From NCBI RefSeq assembly GCF_009914755.1, contig NC_060925.1: a stretch of DNA of 64,000 nt; one strand, given 5' to 3'. Both the position numbers and the translations under genes were made by a program. This document shows, one piece after another, positions 1 to 11,100 of the stretch. The notes beneath the pieces are model-generated. The model worked only from the letters and a program-made list of their open reading frames with translations, did no database searches and was not told the DNA's origin. The DNA is from the human T2T-CHM13v2.0 reference genome, Homo sapiens. Every line of letters starts with the position of its first letter. Within the stretch, counting starts at the first letter, position 1.

Positions 1-19
1 GTGACAAGAGTTTTCAAAG
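1..19 (+). CDS. FMO2: FMO2 exon 7, 3' end (VTRVFK-G), continues upstream of window
   Basis: GTG ACA AGA GTT TTC AAA G then donor GTAAGT at 20-25; split Gly codon completed by GC at 2103-2104. Confidence 0.9.
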
Positions 20-539
20 GTAAGTGTGTAGGCAGGTGAGTGGCTAAGCGTTTCAGATCTGGTGAAGTTTATCAATAATGATAAGAAGGTTGCCTGAGAT
101 AAAAAGGTTGCCAAGAAAAAGTTTGACAACCTTGGCTGCTCTCACAAGACTAACATTCTAAAAAGTTACTGGAGAATTCAAAGAATAACAAATACAGGAA
201 TTTAGTAATAATAAATACCTGCAATCATCCTTTTAAAATATTAGACAGTCAAGAGAATTTCAACTGGCATAAAGCTAAGTGCATGTTAACTTTTCTTTGA
301 ATCGTGAGAGATAAGTTTAAGAAAAAGATCTGTCTCCTGGTTTTACCTCTGTGTTGTTTAAAAATTCCTCAGCATATCTGCAAATCAATTTAACTCTTAA
401 TACTTGAGCAGCTCAACCTCACAAATCCCTACAAGTTATAAAATTATTAAAAGGTTTCTTTCTGGGTGTCTGTGTAGCACTTCATACTCCTCAGAACGGT
501 GTTACCTCCCTGCCTCCAGGGTTCAATTCTGTTCAGCAA

Positions 540-1490
540 AAGCTTACTGAATACCTTGCCCTGTGCTGGGAACTGGTGGGACAGAGAGAAATTTAAACAG
601 ATCATTTCAACATAACATGACAAATGCTTTGATTGAATAATATATGGAGTGTTCAGGGAAGGAGAGAAAGGGCACTTATCATGGTAGAATAAGGGAAGGG
701 CACATGATAAAGGAAAACGTCCTGGATAACTGCATTTCTCAGGGGCAGAAAAGGGGATTGCCTGAACAAAAGCATAGAGTCAATGATGCATATGGAAGGG
801 CACATGCTATTTGACATTGCTAGAGCATGACGTATGAGGCAGAGAGAGATGAGCCATTACTCTTGGAGAAGAAGGAGACAGGACACAGGAATTTTGTAAG
901 ACATGCTATGGAGCTTAGATTATAAATTATAGATCAGTTCTTCCCAAATATGGCTACATATGAAAATCATCTGATGGATCCTTAGGGACCCTGATTAAGT
1001 AAGACTGGCCAAGGGACCTGGAATCTGCATTTTAGAAAGCTCTTCAGCCCGGGGCACCAATGAAGGGTTATAAGCAAGGAACAGGCATTAGCAGATTTAC
1101 ACTTCAGATAGATTGTTTCAGCAGTAGTGTGGAATATAGATTTGAAAGTGGGGAAAGACTACAGCCTCAGGGATGAAAGAGAAAGCTACTGAAATAGCCT
1201 ATGCTAAAATATGATGCATCCTGGGCCAGGGCAGAGATACAAAGTGGAAAGGAAGCCATAAATGTGAGAAATCATTAAGGGAAAAATCAGCATGACATTA
1301 TAATTGGTTCAATGTGGGAAAGTCAGAGAAATAGAGAGGAATCTAGGAGGACTTACAGATCTCTGGCATTGGAAACCAGGTGGACAGTAGTGCTGTGAAT
1401 ACAGAGGGGGTGTGCAGAAAATGATGCAAGTCTGGACAGGAGGGCTTCAGTGAGGAGCTCAGGTCTGGACTACTTGAACATGAGATGTCT
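540..1490. mobile_element. Old L2-like LINE fragments with a nested MER5-like piece (~940-1050)
   Basis: Degenerate L2-type motifs (ttactgaatacct..ctgtgctgg; ggaatctgcatttt); boundaries approximate. Confidence 0.4.
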
Positions 1491-2102
1491 GATGACTCTA
1501 GGCAAGGGGACTTGACCATATTTCAACACATCCAAAGCTCAGGGGACACTTGTGGGCAGGCGATGGAGTCATGAGCACACAGTAATAACTTCTGCATCAA
1601 TCTTTCCCTATCTCTACTGCCCTACTCTCATCTCTCACCAGGTTTATTTCAACAGCCTCTTTACTGGTCTCCCCAGCTTTGGGCTTGCCTCCCTGGAGTC
1701 CATTTTCCTAAATTCAGCAGCCAGACAGATCTTTCCAAAAAATAAATCTGATCTTCTCACTTCATTCAGAATACTCTTCCACTGATTTGATTTGGGGCCT
1801 CCTGTCACCTTCAGGATAGAGCCCAAACCACTAGTCATGGCTGCCAGGCTCCCAGACACACTTCCCTTTTCCAGCCTCTTCTCTTGGCCCTCTCCACTTG
1901 TAGTCCATGCCGTAGACTGTGCACCCTGGACAGTGTCACATAGAGTGCTATGGGGGTGGCACCCCCTGAAGTTCAACAGCACGGAAGCCCTGACTGGTAT
2001 GACATGGTTCAATGTCCAGAGTTTAATTTTAAGAATCAACAACTAGACAAAGTAATGATATTGACTCAAACTTACTATTCAAACCAACCTTTTATTCCTT
2101 AG

Positions 2103-2175
2103 GCTTGTGTAGCCTGCCCTCAGAGAGAACTATGATGATGGACATTATCAAAAGGAATGAAAAAAGAATTGACCT
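2103..2175 (+). CDS. FMO2: FMO2 exon 8 (73 bp; [25 protein letters not shown])
   Basis: Pyrimidine tract plus AG at 2101-2102, GTAAG donor at 2176; reading frame joins both neighbouring exons; peptide recognised as FMO2. Confidence 0.95.
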
Positions 2176-2207
2176 GTAAGAATTTTTTTTAATTCTTTAC
2201 ATGAAGC

Positions 2208-2395
2208 AGTGTTTCTCAAAGTACAGTGATCTAACTACTTACAAGAACCACCTAGCTGCCTGATAAAATGCAAATTTCTGGGCTATAGCCCAGATGATTG
2301 AATCAGAAACTCCGTGTGTGAGGCTAAAAAGTTGCATTTTTATCTTCTTCCTAAGCGATTCTTATACATACTAGGTTAAGAACCAAATACTTAAA
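2208..2395. mobile_element. MER5-type hAT-Charlie DNA transposon remnant
   Basis: cagtgtttctcaaagt ... aaaatgcaaatttctggg ... ttgcattttt ... ttaagaacca termini. Confidence 0.6.
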
Positions 2396-3178
2396 GATAA
2401 GAATTGTACCAAATCAGAGCACTTCTCCTTGGCTTAATTTCATTTCAGTTGTATATGATGCCTATGTCAGATTCCATAACTTCTCAAGCCACCTACACTC
2501 TGTGGTTAGAGAGGGAATAGGATGAGACAGTGGTGGTGATAGTAGCTTGAATAGCTGTGAAAAGTTAGAGAATCCCCATCAGAATAAATTAGGAAGGGGT
2601 TGGTGTGAAGGTTCAAGGATTTGTACTTTGTGATGAGGTAAAATGAGGTTCAACAGTGATCGAGTACCCTTGGAAAGTTGATTTGGGGCTTACATCAGGT
2701 GTAAAGAGTTTTCTCATGTTCAAATTCAAATTTACCTAAGATTGATTGAGTATCTACTATACGCCATCCAGACTGCCAGGTACTTTAGTAATTTAACAAG
2801 CAAATATTAAGCATCTCCTTTGAGCAAGACACCAAGCTATGCTTTCATATGCATTATCTCATGAATTCCTGCAGCCGCCCTGGCTAGCATGTACTTGCCT
2901 GGAGATTTGCCACCGCTTAAAAAATGCCAAACAATGGTTACCAATCTTGTCACATTTCTAGAGCATCCATGAATTCATGGCTCTTTATTTGAGGGCGTAT
3001 TCTCAATCTGAGATATGAGCCTCCTGGTATGATAAACTCAAACTTTCCACCAGAGATTCATTGAAAACTCATTCACATATTCACTCATTCCTTCATTCCT
3101 TTAGCAGTTTTGAATGCCTAATATTCTAGAAAACTTAGAACATTCTGTGAACATTCCCTTTTTACTTTCTTCACTAAG

Positions 3179-3338
3179 GTTTGGAGAAAGCCAGAGCCAG
3201 ACGTTGCAGACCAATTATGTTGACTACTTGGACGAGCTCGCCTTAGAGATAGGTGCGAAGCCAGATTTCTGCTCTCTCTTGTTCAAAGATCCTAAACTGG
3301 CTGTGAGACTCTATTTCGGACCCTGCAACTCCTATTAG
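3179..3338 (+). CDS. FMO2: FMO2 last coding exon, translated to premature TAG (Q472X, truncated FMO2*2-type allele)
   Basis: AG at 3177-3178; [52 protein letters not shown] then TAG 3336-3338. Confidence 0.95.
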
Positions 3339-3530
3339 TATCGCCTGGTTGGGCCTGGGCAATGGGAAGGAGCCAGAAATGCCATCTTCACCCAGAAACA
3401 AAGAATACTGAAGCCACTCAAGACTCGGGCCCTGAAGGATTCATCTAATTTCTCAGTTTCTTTTCTGTTGAAAATCCTGGGCCTTCTTGCTGTTGTTGTG
3501 GCCTTTTTTTGCCAACTTCAATGGTCCTAG
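3339..3530 (+). pseudogene. FMO2: Untranslated but intact remainder of full-length FMO2 ORF (63 codons ending in hydrophobic C-terminal anchor, TAG 3528-3530)
   Basis: In-frame [63 protein letters not shown]. Confidence 0.93.
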
Positions 3531-4209
3531 TCAGCATAATGCTTTGGGCTTTATTATCTTGTCAGTCACTACCTCCTAAAGAAAAAAAAAAAGGCTAGAA
3601 GAAAAAACATTACATTCATGTTCTAATTATAGATTTTAGAGTTAGGTAGTACAGGTAAGGGGGAAATTGTAAAGAATTAGCAGAATTAGGCATATGTACA
3701 AAACCAAAATTTTGTCATGAAATTTTGCCTTTCCACGCTTCCCTCAGTTCACCAAAGTTACCAAAATGTAAAATAAAATAAGACTGGCTCAGGTAAGTAG
3801 TGCTGCCAACCCTGATATAGGGGAGTTGTATGGAAAAATAGTAGAATTACACAGCATGAAAAGCAGCCCATGGTTTAAATTATTGGACAATTTAAATTGT
3901 GGGTAAATATTTAAAACTCCTGAACAATGTTTCTGATGGTCTTCTATCCACCCTACTTGGTAACAAAGTTCTCAGATGTTAGGTCATGTTTCATTTGCTC
4001 AGTCGGGGATCACTCAAAACTACTAGACAAAAAAGTGAGAGGATAGATTTAGAAAACATCAGTGATGCTCAGATAAACTTTTAGGACCTCATATTAAGAG
4101 CTAAGCAAATGGCCACATTTCCTATATTTTGACAGAGATACTGCTGGAAAAATTAAAATTAAAATGCCATAATAGCTACCTAACAAATATATATGTTTAA
4201 TGTTTATCA

Positions 4210-4390
4210 TAGGCCAGACATTGTGCTATGTGCATATCATATGTATTATTTCATTTAATTCTCACAACAATTCTGTGAAATGGTTACAGCTATTATAGTC
4301 ATTTCACAGATGATGAAACTAAGATTCAGAGCAGCTGATCTTGTGAGGCAGCTGGAATTGGAACTCAGATTTGTTGAACTCTAGAACTAA
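4210..4390. mobile_element. MIR SINE in FMO2 3' UTR
   Basis: MIR core: tttaattctcacaacaattctgtga ... atttcacagatgatgaaactaagattcagag. Confidence 0.65.
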
Positions 4391-5102
4391 AGATCATAAT
4401 GTTGTCTTGTAATATATTTATTTACAAAACACTTCATTATTTATAAAGAATTTACTAACAGTTTATCTTATTTATACCCATACATCTGCTACTTTGGGAG
4501 GCCCTTTACATAGAAAACAGCATTCTTTTTGCCAAATATGACCAAATTACTTTTATTTATAATTTTTGATTTATATTTCAGCTAGATCTAAAAAGCATCT
4601 GAAGGAATTTACAATGAAAGATACCTATGCAATAACATTTAGGATAATCTTTGACATTTTGGAAAAATAAGAATTGAGGAAAAAAAGTGTATCTTTCAAG
4701 TAGATGCAAAGCATTATAATGACTGACACTTGTATCTAACTCCAGTCTTACAGATAACTAAGGCAAAAAGCTAAATAAACAATATGTAACCTCTAACATT
4801 TGGTAAAAGGAAGTATACTGGTCTGTTAGCAGAGACAAACTTTTTTTAGAATTGAAGTCTGAAACAAACAAAAGCAATTCAATGTCAATAGACATTAAGC
4901 AACATAATAGACAAACATCTCCTAAGGGAACATTTGTTACAGCTGCTCCTTCCCTGAACTGTGCTTTGGAAGATAAGCTCTGTCCTGAGTCCAAACCAAG
5001 CCCTTCCAAGAGAGAACAAAGGTCAGAGATGTTGAAGATTCCAGCAAATTTCTCCTCTTATTTCTACCAAGCCTTTGTGAACATTGCTCTTCATTTTGGC
5101 CT

Positions 5103-5266
5103 GTACTTCTCCCTCAGGGACGTAGAACAATGGAATGTCAGTCAGTCTCTGTAGTTAAAACTTTTTCTTTAAAATTCAATTAAGGTACTTCTCCCTCAGG
5201 GACGTAGAACAATGGAATGTCAGTCAGTCTCTGTAGTTAAAACTTTTTCTTTAAAATTCAATTAAG
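5103..5266 (+). repeat. Perfect 82-bp tandem duplication (5103-5184 / 5185-5266)
   Basis: Two identical copies of gtacttctccctcaggg...aaaattcaattaag. Confidence 0.97.
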
Positions 5267-5452
5267 TTACACCAGAATTTACAGGCAAGATTTTTTTTTT
5301 CATTGCTCCCATAAGCAAATTTGTTTTAAAATAATTGTAAATGAGGTATATACTTAGTTCTTGGTTAAAAAATATATTGCTTTGTTAAGTATTAAAGATT
5401 ATTTGTAAGTCATTGTATTAATAATACTAATAAAATTTATCAAGCCTTTATA

Positions 5453-5677
5453 GCAAGGGTCAGTGAATTACCACTGCCTGTGGGCCAAATCTAGCTCACT
5501 ATCTGTTTTTGTAAATAAAATTTTATAATAGTACACAGCCACACTCATTCATTTATTTTCTGTGGTTGCTTTCAAGCTACAATTGTAGAGTTGGGTAGTC
5601 GCAACAGAATCTCTGTGGCCCACAAGGCTAAAATATTTACATTCTCACCCATTACAGAAAAAGTTTGATAATTCCTG
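5453..5677 (+). mobile_element. MER58A-like hAT DNA transposon
   Basis: gtgggccaaatct..tgtttttgtaaataaa..cacagccacactcattc..ttacagaaaaagtttg matches recalled consensus. Confidence 0.75.
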
Positions 5678-6404
5678 CTTTATAATATGTAAGGCATTGT
5701 CCCATTTTGCATAACTTGCCTTATTTCATCATTATCACTACCCATTTAGTAGCTATGGTTGTTATCTTACTTCTACAGTGGAAGAGATTGAAAAGCATTT
5801 GTCAGGTTAATGCTAAATCAGTGCGGAAATATAGCTCCACTAGGAAAATATTATTAAATTTATATCCCTAAAATTTTTAGAAATCTCTCAAAATCTTTCC
5901 AAATGTTCTGGTATCTTTGAAAAATGTAAATAGTTTATTTATAGAGAACCCTACCTCTGAGGTTGACTCAAAGGTTAAAGAAGGCTCATCAGTCTATCCT
6001 TCTGCCTCCATATATCCTGAACATCAAACTATCCCAGGAAAACCATCTAGAGTAGTTTGTTTCAAAATATTAGCCACAGACCACCTACATCACAATAACT
6101 CAGGGAGCTTATAGAAGTGAAGATTCCTGAATATAAACATAGTAATAATTCAACCTACTGAATGGAAATCTCTGCTGAAATCCACAGTTTTCATAAGCTC
6201 CCCAGATGATTCCTGTGTACATTAAATCTAGAAACCATTAGTTTGAGATCTCTCAAAAATAAAAATAAAAATTGCTTTCAGAGAGTAGCCCATGAAATTT
6301 CCCATTCTTCAAGGACAAATTCCTTCTGTTCAGCCTTGGTCCTCCAACTGCAGTTTACAATTTTTGTTCTTCTCCTGTAAAGAATGTCAATGGTTATCAC
6401 CTTC

Positions 6405-6760
6405 AATAGTTTCAATATGTCCCCCAAAGTTATGTGTTTGAAACTTGCAATAGTATTGGGAGATGGGGCCTAATGAGGTGATTAGGTGAAGTCTCTGCCC
6501 TCATGAAAAGATTAATCCCATTATCTCAGGAGTGTGTTGGTTATAAAAGCAAGTTTGGCTCCCTCTTTTCCTCACACACTCTTTTTCCCTTCTGCCTTCA
6601 CCTTTGCCGTGGGTGGACACAGCAAGAAGGCCCTCATCAGATGCTGGCCCCTTGGTCTTGAATTTCCTAGCCTCTACAACTAAGCCAAATAAATTTCTGT
6701 TTATTATAAATAACCCAGTCTCAGATATTCTGTTACAGAAACACAAAATGGACTAAGACA
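6405..6760. mobile_element. MaLR solo LTR (MST-type)
   Basis: tgtcccccaaagtt..atgtgtt..gaaactt start and acaaaatggactaagaca end. Confidence 0.75.
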
Positions 6761-7289
6761 CCACCCTTTTCCAAAATCTCTCCTTGTGATGGCTCCCTTT
6801 ACTAACCTTTCTTTTAGCTATTCCCTTTATGATAGTTTCTTAATTTTTTCTATCAAAAGCTAAATATGGCACACTTGTTCTTTACAGAAAAATAAAGATA
6901 TTTTAAACAAAATACTAGGGCCATGGTATGTAATAAAATTTGAAACAATAATTTCAAATAATAAAGATTGAAAATGCTTAACCCAGAAAGAATCCAGCAT
7001 CCACATTATAATGAGGATTAAAAGGGAAGCCTCTTTTGTACCATCAGTCTTTCATCCGGGAAGCTGCTGCTCCTGACCTGCAACTTTGGCTGTTTCCAAG
7101 GAGGCAGAATGTGTTAACAGGACTCACTTTCTTGCCCATTATGCCCTGTGACTAAATGGATTAATGAAGCTAAGTACAAGGCTTCTAAGACTAGATTCTA
7201 CTTAATCCAGGTCACATGTCAAAATGAGACTAAATATGCAAGGATTTTATTAAGGAAAATACCCGTATAAAGGAAAATAAGGAGAGAGT

Positions 7290-7650
7290 ATGCTAAGGTT
7301 TGAGTGTGTCCCCCAAAAGTCCATGAGTTGGAAACTTAATTCCTCCATGCAGCAGTGTTGGGAGGTAGAACCTAGTGAGAGGTGTTTGGGTCAGGGAGGT
7401 TCCAGCATCACGAAGGAATTCAGACAGCCATCTCTTTCCTCTTCCACATGCCCACTTCCTCTTTCACTTCTCTGCCATGTCATAGTGCAGATCAAGACAT
7501 TCACCAGAGGCCAATTAAATGACAGTTCCTTAATCTTAAACTTCCCAGCCTTCAGAACTATAAGAAATACATTTCTTTTCTTTGTAAAAGAAAATAAATT
7601 TATTTTGCTTTATATATTCTGCTATAGTAACTGAAAGAAGACTAAAATAA
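7290..7650. mobile_element. MaLR solo LTR (MST-type), apparently nested in an older ERVL-like LTR (~7190-7980)
   Basis: tgctaaggtttgagtgtgtcccccaaa start; ttctgctatagtaactgaaagaagactaa end. Confidence 0.65.
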
Positions 7651-8139
7651 AGGAGTGAAAAGCTGGAAGAGTCATCAGATTGCAACACAAGTCTGACACT
7701 GAGTGAAAAAGAGAGGGGAGAAAGGTTGGGTAGAAACATCTTAGACTGCTGTGCAGTCTAAGGAAGATTCATCAGGACCATTGAGAAGTCTTCAAGCCAC
7801 CAAAGGTGTCCCAAGTCTCTCTAACATACTTACCCACTGGCTGAAAACAGCTCATAGGAAAGCGAGACTTAGCACAAGCACCGAAATGTATCTCAAGTAC
7901 AGCAGCTGAAGAGCTTGGTCAATTATACTGCCTGTACTAACTATATTAGAGATCCATGAGGCACATTCTCATGGCTGCCACAGGTTTATCACCTCCTTTG
8001 TCATTCAAAACTCTCTAATTGATTGTAACCTATCTTCCCAGCCTTACCTCCCACTGCTATGCCCACCATGCTTGCTTTCCGGCCAAACCATGTGACTTAC
8101 TATTCTACAGAGATGGCGGCACTTGGTCTTGCTTTGTGC

Positions 8140-11100
8140 TGTTGCAGGATTTTTCCATAGTTCAACTAAAGTCGGGGTTCTTTGTCCCACAGCCATGAAA
8201 GTTCAGGCTCACAGACAATTTGAATGGTGAGTAAGACAGGGCTTTATTGAGTAAAAAGGAAGAATTAAAAGGAAACAGGGATTCTCCGCAAGGCCGGAGT
8301 CCCTTGCTAGAGTGCTTCCTGCCCTGGAGTTCAAACTCCAGTTTCCACACGGGAAGAGGAGGGGCCAGGCTCCTCCCCACTACAAATGGTGCAAATTTTT
8401 GAGGCTCCACCCCAGTGCGCAGGTGGGTTGGAGTTTTTCCAGGGACCTTCTCCCACTTGGCTGTCTCATTCCCCCCTCTAAAGAAGTACATCTAACTGCC
8501 CTTAAAATAAGGATAAGGACAAAGACAAATCTTAACAGCTTCCTGCTGACAGGTGGCACTGTTTTGGGGAAACGGCAGTCAGAGCTTCCTCAGAGGCCTA
8601 TTTAAGGGTTCCTGGCAAAAGGGGCCATTGTCAGAGGCTCTGGTTGCATGACCATTTGGAGTTCGATGGCCTGAAGGCAAGGACAAACAAACCGGGTTAT
8701 TAGAAAACATATATCAAAGCAAAACAAAGGGAGGGACAAAGACAGCTCAAAAATTCTAAGGTCTTTTTCCAGTTTGCACAGGGAGAGGGAGGCCAAAAGC
8801 CTGACTGGTTAAAAAAAAATTGTTTAAAGTAAAAAACTTCACCTTTTTGCCGGAATGTTGGGCTTCTGGGTTTCCTTCCCCTGAGCCCAATCCTAAGCCA
8901 ACCAGTTTAAGGTTTGGGAAATTAACTCTTTCCAGTTTGGAGGATGCATCTGATGTGAGTGTCTCATAGTATGAAGATGCAACTACCTATTTGTGAAGAG
9001 AGAACTGAGGGGGAAAAAGGAAAAAAGAAGGCATTTTTTAAAGGAGTCCCAGGGGTTCAGGATGCATTCGAAAGAGGTACAGACTGAAGATGAATCGCTA
9101 CCCATCTAGAAAGAGGAGAGCAGACATCTCTGGTTCCCTTCTTTTCCTAGCAGATACATGGGATACATGAGGGAAAGAGGGAAGAGTGTCCTCTTTTCAT
9201 CTTCCATCCTTGCATCCCCAAGTTCCAGTGACCTTGGCAGGTGCTGCCATGGGTTTTAAAGTGGCTTGCACCCATGAAGCAGGGGGGGTCGGCAGGGGAG
9301 TCATCCACTTTTACCCACGTATGCCGTTTCCCCTGCTGTCAGTAGTCTTGGAGTTCCCTAGATCGCATTTATGCTATGGATATTAATATAGCCTTTATCC
9401 ATGAAACAGGAAGCTTGGGCTTGGCTTAATCAGCAGGAATGAGCCACACTCACCTGTGCTGTGCCTTTTAACCTCTGTTGCTATCTGCCTCTGGATTCCT
9501 CAGATCCAGTTTTCTTCCTAGGGCTTTGACCCAACACTTGGAACTGAGTCTGGGACAAGAATGTATCTTGGGGGGTTGCATGGACTCCTTATCATAAGCC
9601 AAATGCTAAAGTGAGGCTGTGGAATTAAGTCCTCCAACAAGGGAGAGGAAAGGATGTCTTGTGACACACCCAGATAACTGGTAGCTGTAGTTACGCTTGC
9701 CGGGATTTCGGTGCATGATGCTCAGCTTTGGTTAGCTCCCTTGGTCTCACTGTCCCCAAAAGAAAACCTCCAAGTCTGGGGCATCCTATTTATTCCCATC
9801 ACCTGGCAGGATTTGCAGGATAATTGCTCGGAACTAGACTATTGATCCAGATTTCTATGTTACCCATCCCTTTTGTTCTTTCTGAGCTGCAGCCAGGGAT
9901 TGCTGGTTGGTTCACAGGAGCAAGCAGGGTTAGTCTAAAATATAGGCAAAAACTCAAAAACAACTATTGAGTTTAGAATTTAGTGACAAATATATGATAA
10001 GTTTTGGAACGTAATTTCTGTCTCTCCAGTCCTCATTTTTGTTAAGAAACAAATAATCATAGGAATTAGTTGTTTAAATAGACTTTAGTCTTATACTTGG
10101 CCTGATTATTTGCATAAAGTCCAGCAAGAATAATTATTTTTACATAGGCCTTTTAGATTGGCTTTGATGGAAGTCTGTTCCACAAGGAGTCTCAGATAAG
10201 ACCTTTTAAAACTGAGCCCATCCATGGGTTTGTATCCTTAAACACCTGTGAGTTGGGTGATCCTCTCCTCTTAAGTTCCCAAGATAAACTTGGAGCTCCT
10301 AGACCTGTTAGAAAGTGATATTCTTTACTGACCACAGGTCAGGAACCCTGTACAGGGACTATGTAGACAAGGGTATGAGGCCAGTTTCCTCACTGGGCTT
10401 TTATTGGCTCTGTCAGTTGAGATTAACTCCTTAAGAGGAAGCATACCCTTCCAGTCAAAGCCTTGGTAAAATAACCACTTTCTCCAATTGTGTTCTGTTG
10501 CAAAAGAAAAATGGATTCTTATTGCATGGATGCAAACAACTATATTGCCATAAGTTAAGAATACTCACAGATAGGTTCTAAATTCTGGAGGAACTGGGCA
10601 GAGAGAGAGAAACAAACATGCTCCAAATTTTGATAATAGGAGTACACCTTGCTTAATTATTAAAGGCCATAAATAGCTCAAAATGAGTTTCCTTGACTGA
10701 AAAACAAAACAAGGGTCATCAATATTCCAAGCAAAAGTCAAAAAGGTTGCTTCAGCTTTTTCAGTTCAGTCCATTTAGTTAACTCTTGTTTTGCTTGATA
10801 TTTGTGAATATTTCAGCTCTTTATGAGTCCTGTACATTTTCTTTTATTCCAATGTTACAATCTCTAAAGTTATCAGAAATCTGTTTTTGAGAGCACCTGT
10901 TAAAGTTCTATAGCTTGTTATAAACAATCTTTTGAAAAGGATTAAAACAAGACAACAATTGTCTGTGAATTACAAAATGTCCAGGGTAGTTACAGTTAGA
11001 AACAAAATCGACAAAGAAGTTTGGTTATCTCCATGGTTTACAATAACATCACAACCTTATTATGATTGATAGCATACACTTAGACATTAGAATTTTAGAA

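Larger units (their letters stand above)
3531..6990 (+). other. FMO2: FMO2 long 3' UTR (3' end approximate), several AATAAA candidates (3772, ~5429, ~5514, ~6258, ~6891-6965) and an ATTTA cluster at ~4414-4575
   Basis: AT-rich sequence after the stop; hexamers visible; true cleavage site cannot be determined from sequence. Confidence 0.55.

Noticed and set aside
3114-3178. ATG-initiated N-terminal part of the 74-aa ORF (likewise 61811-61843 and the read-on past 52518)
   Set aside because: Intronic sequence that happens to be open in frame with real exons
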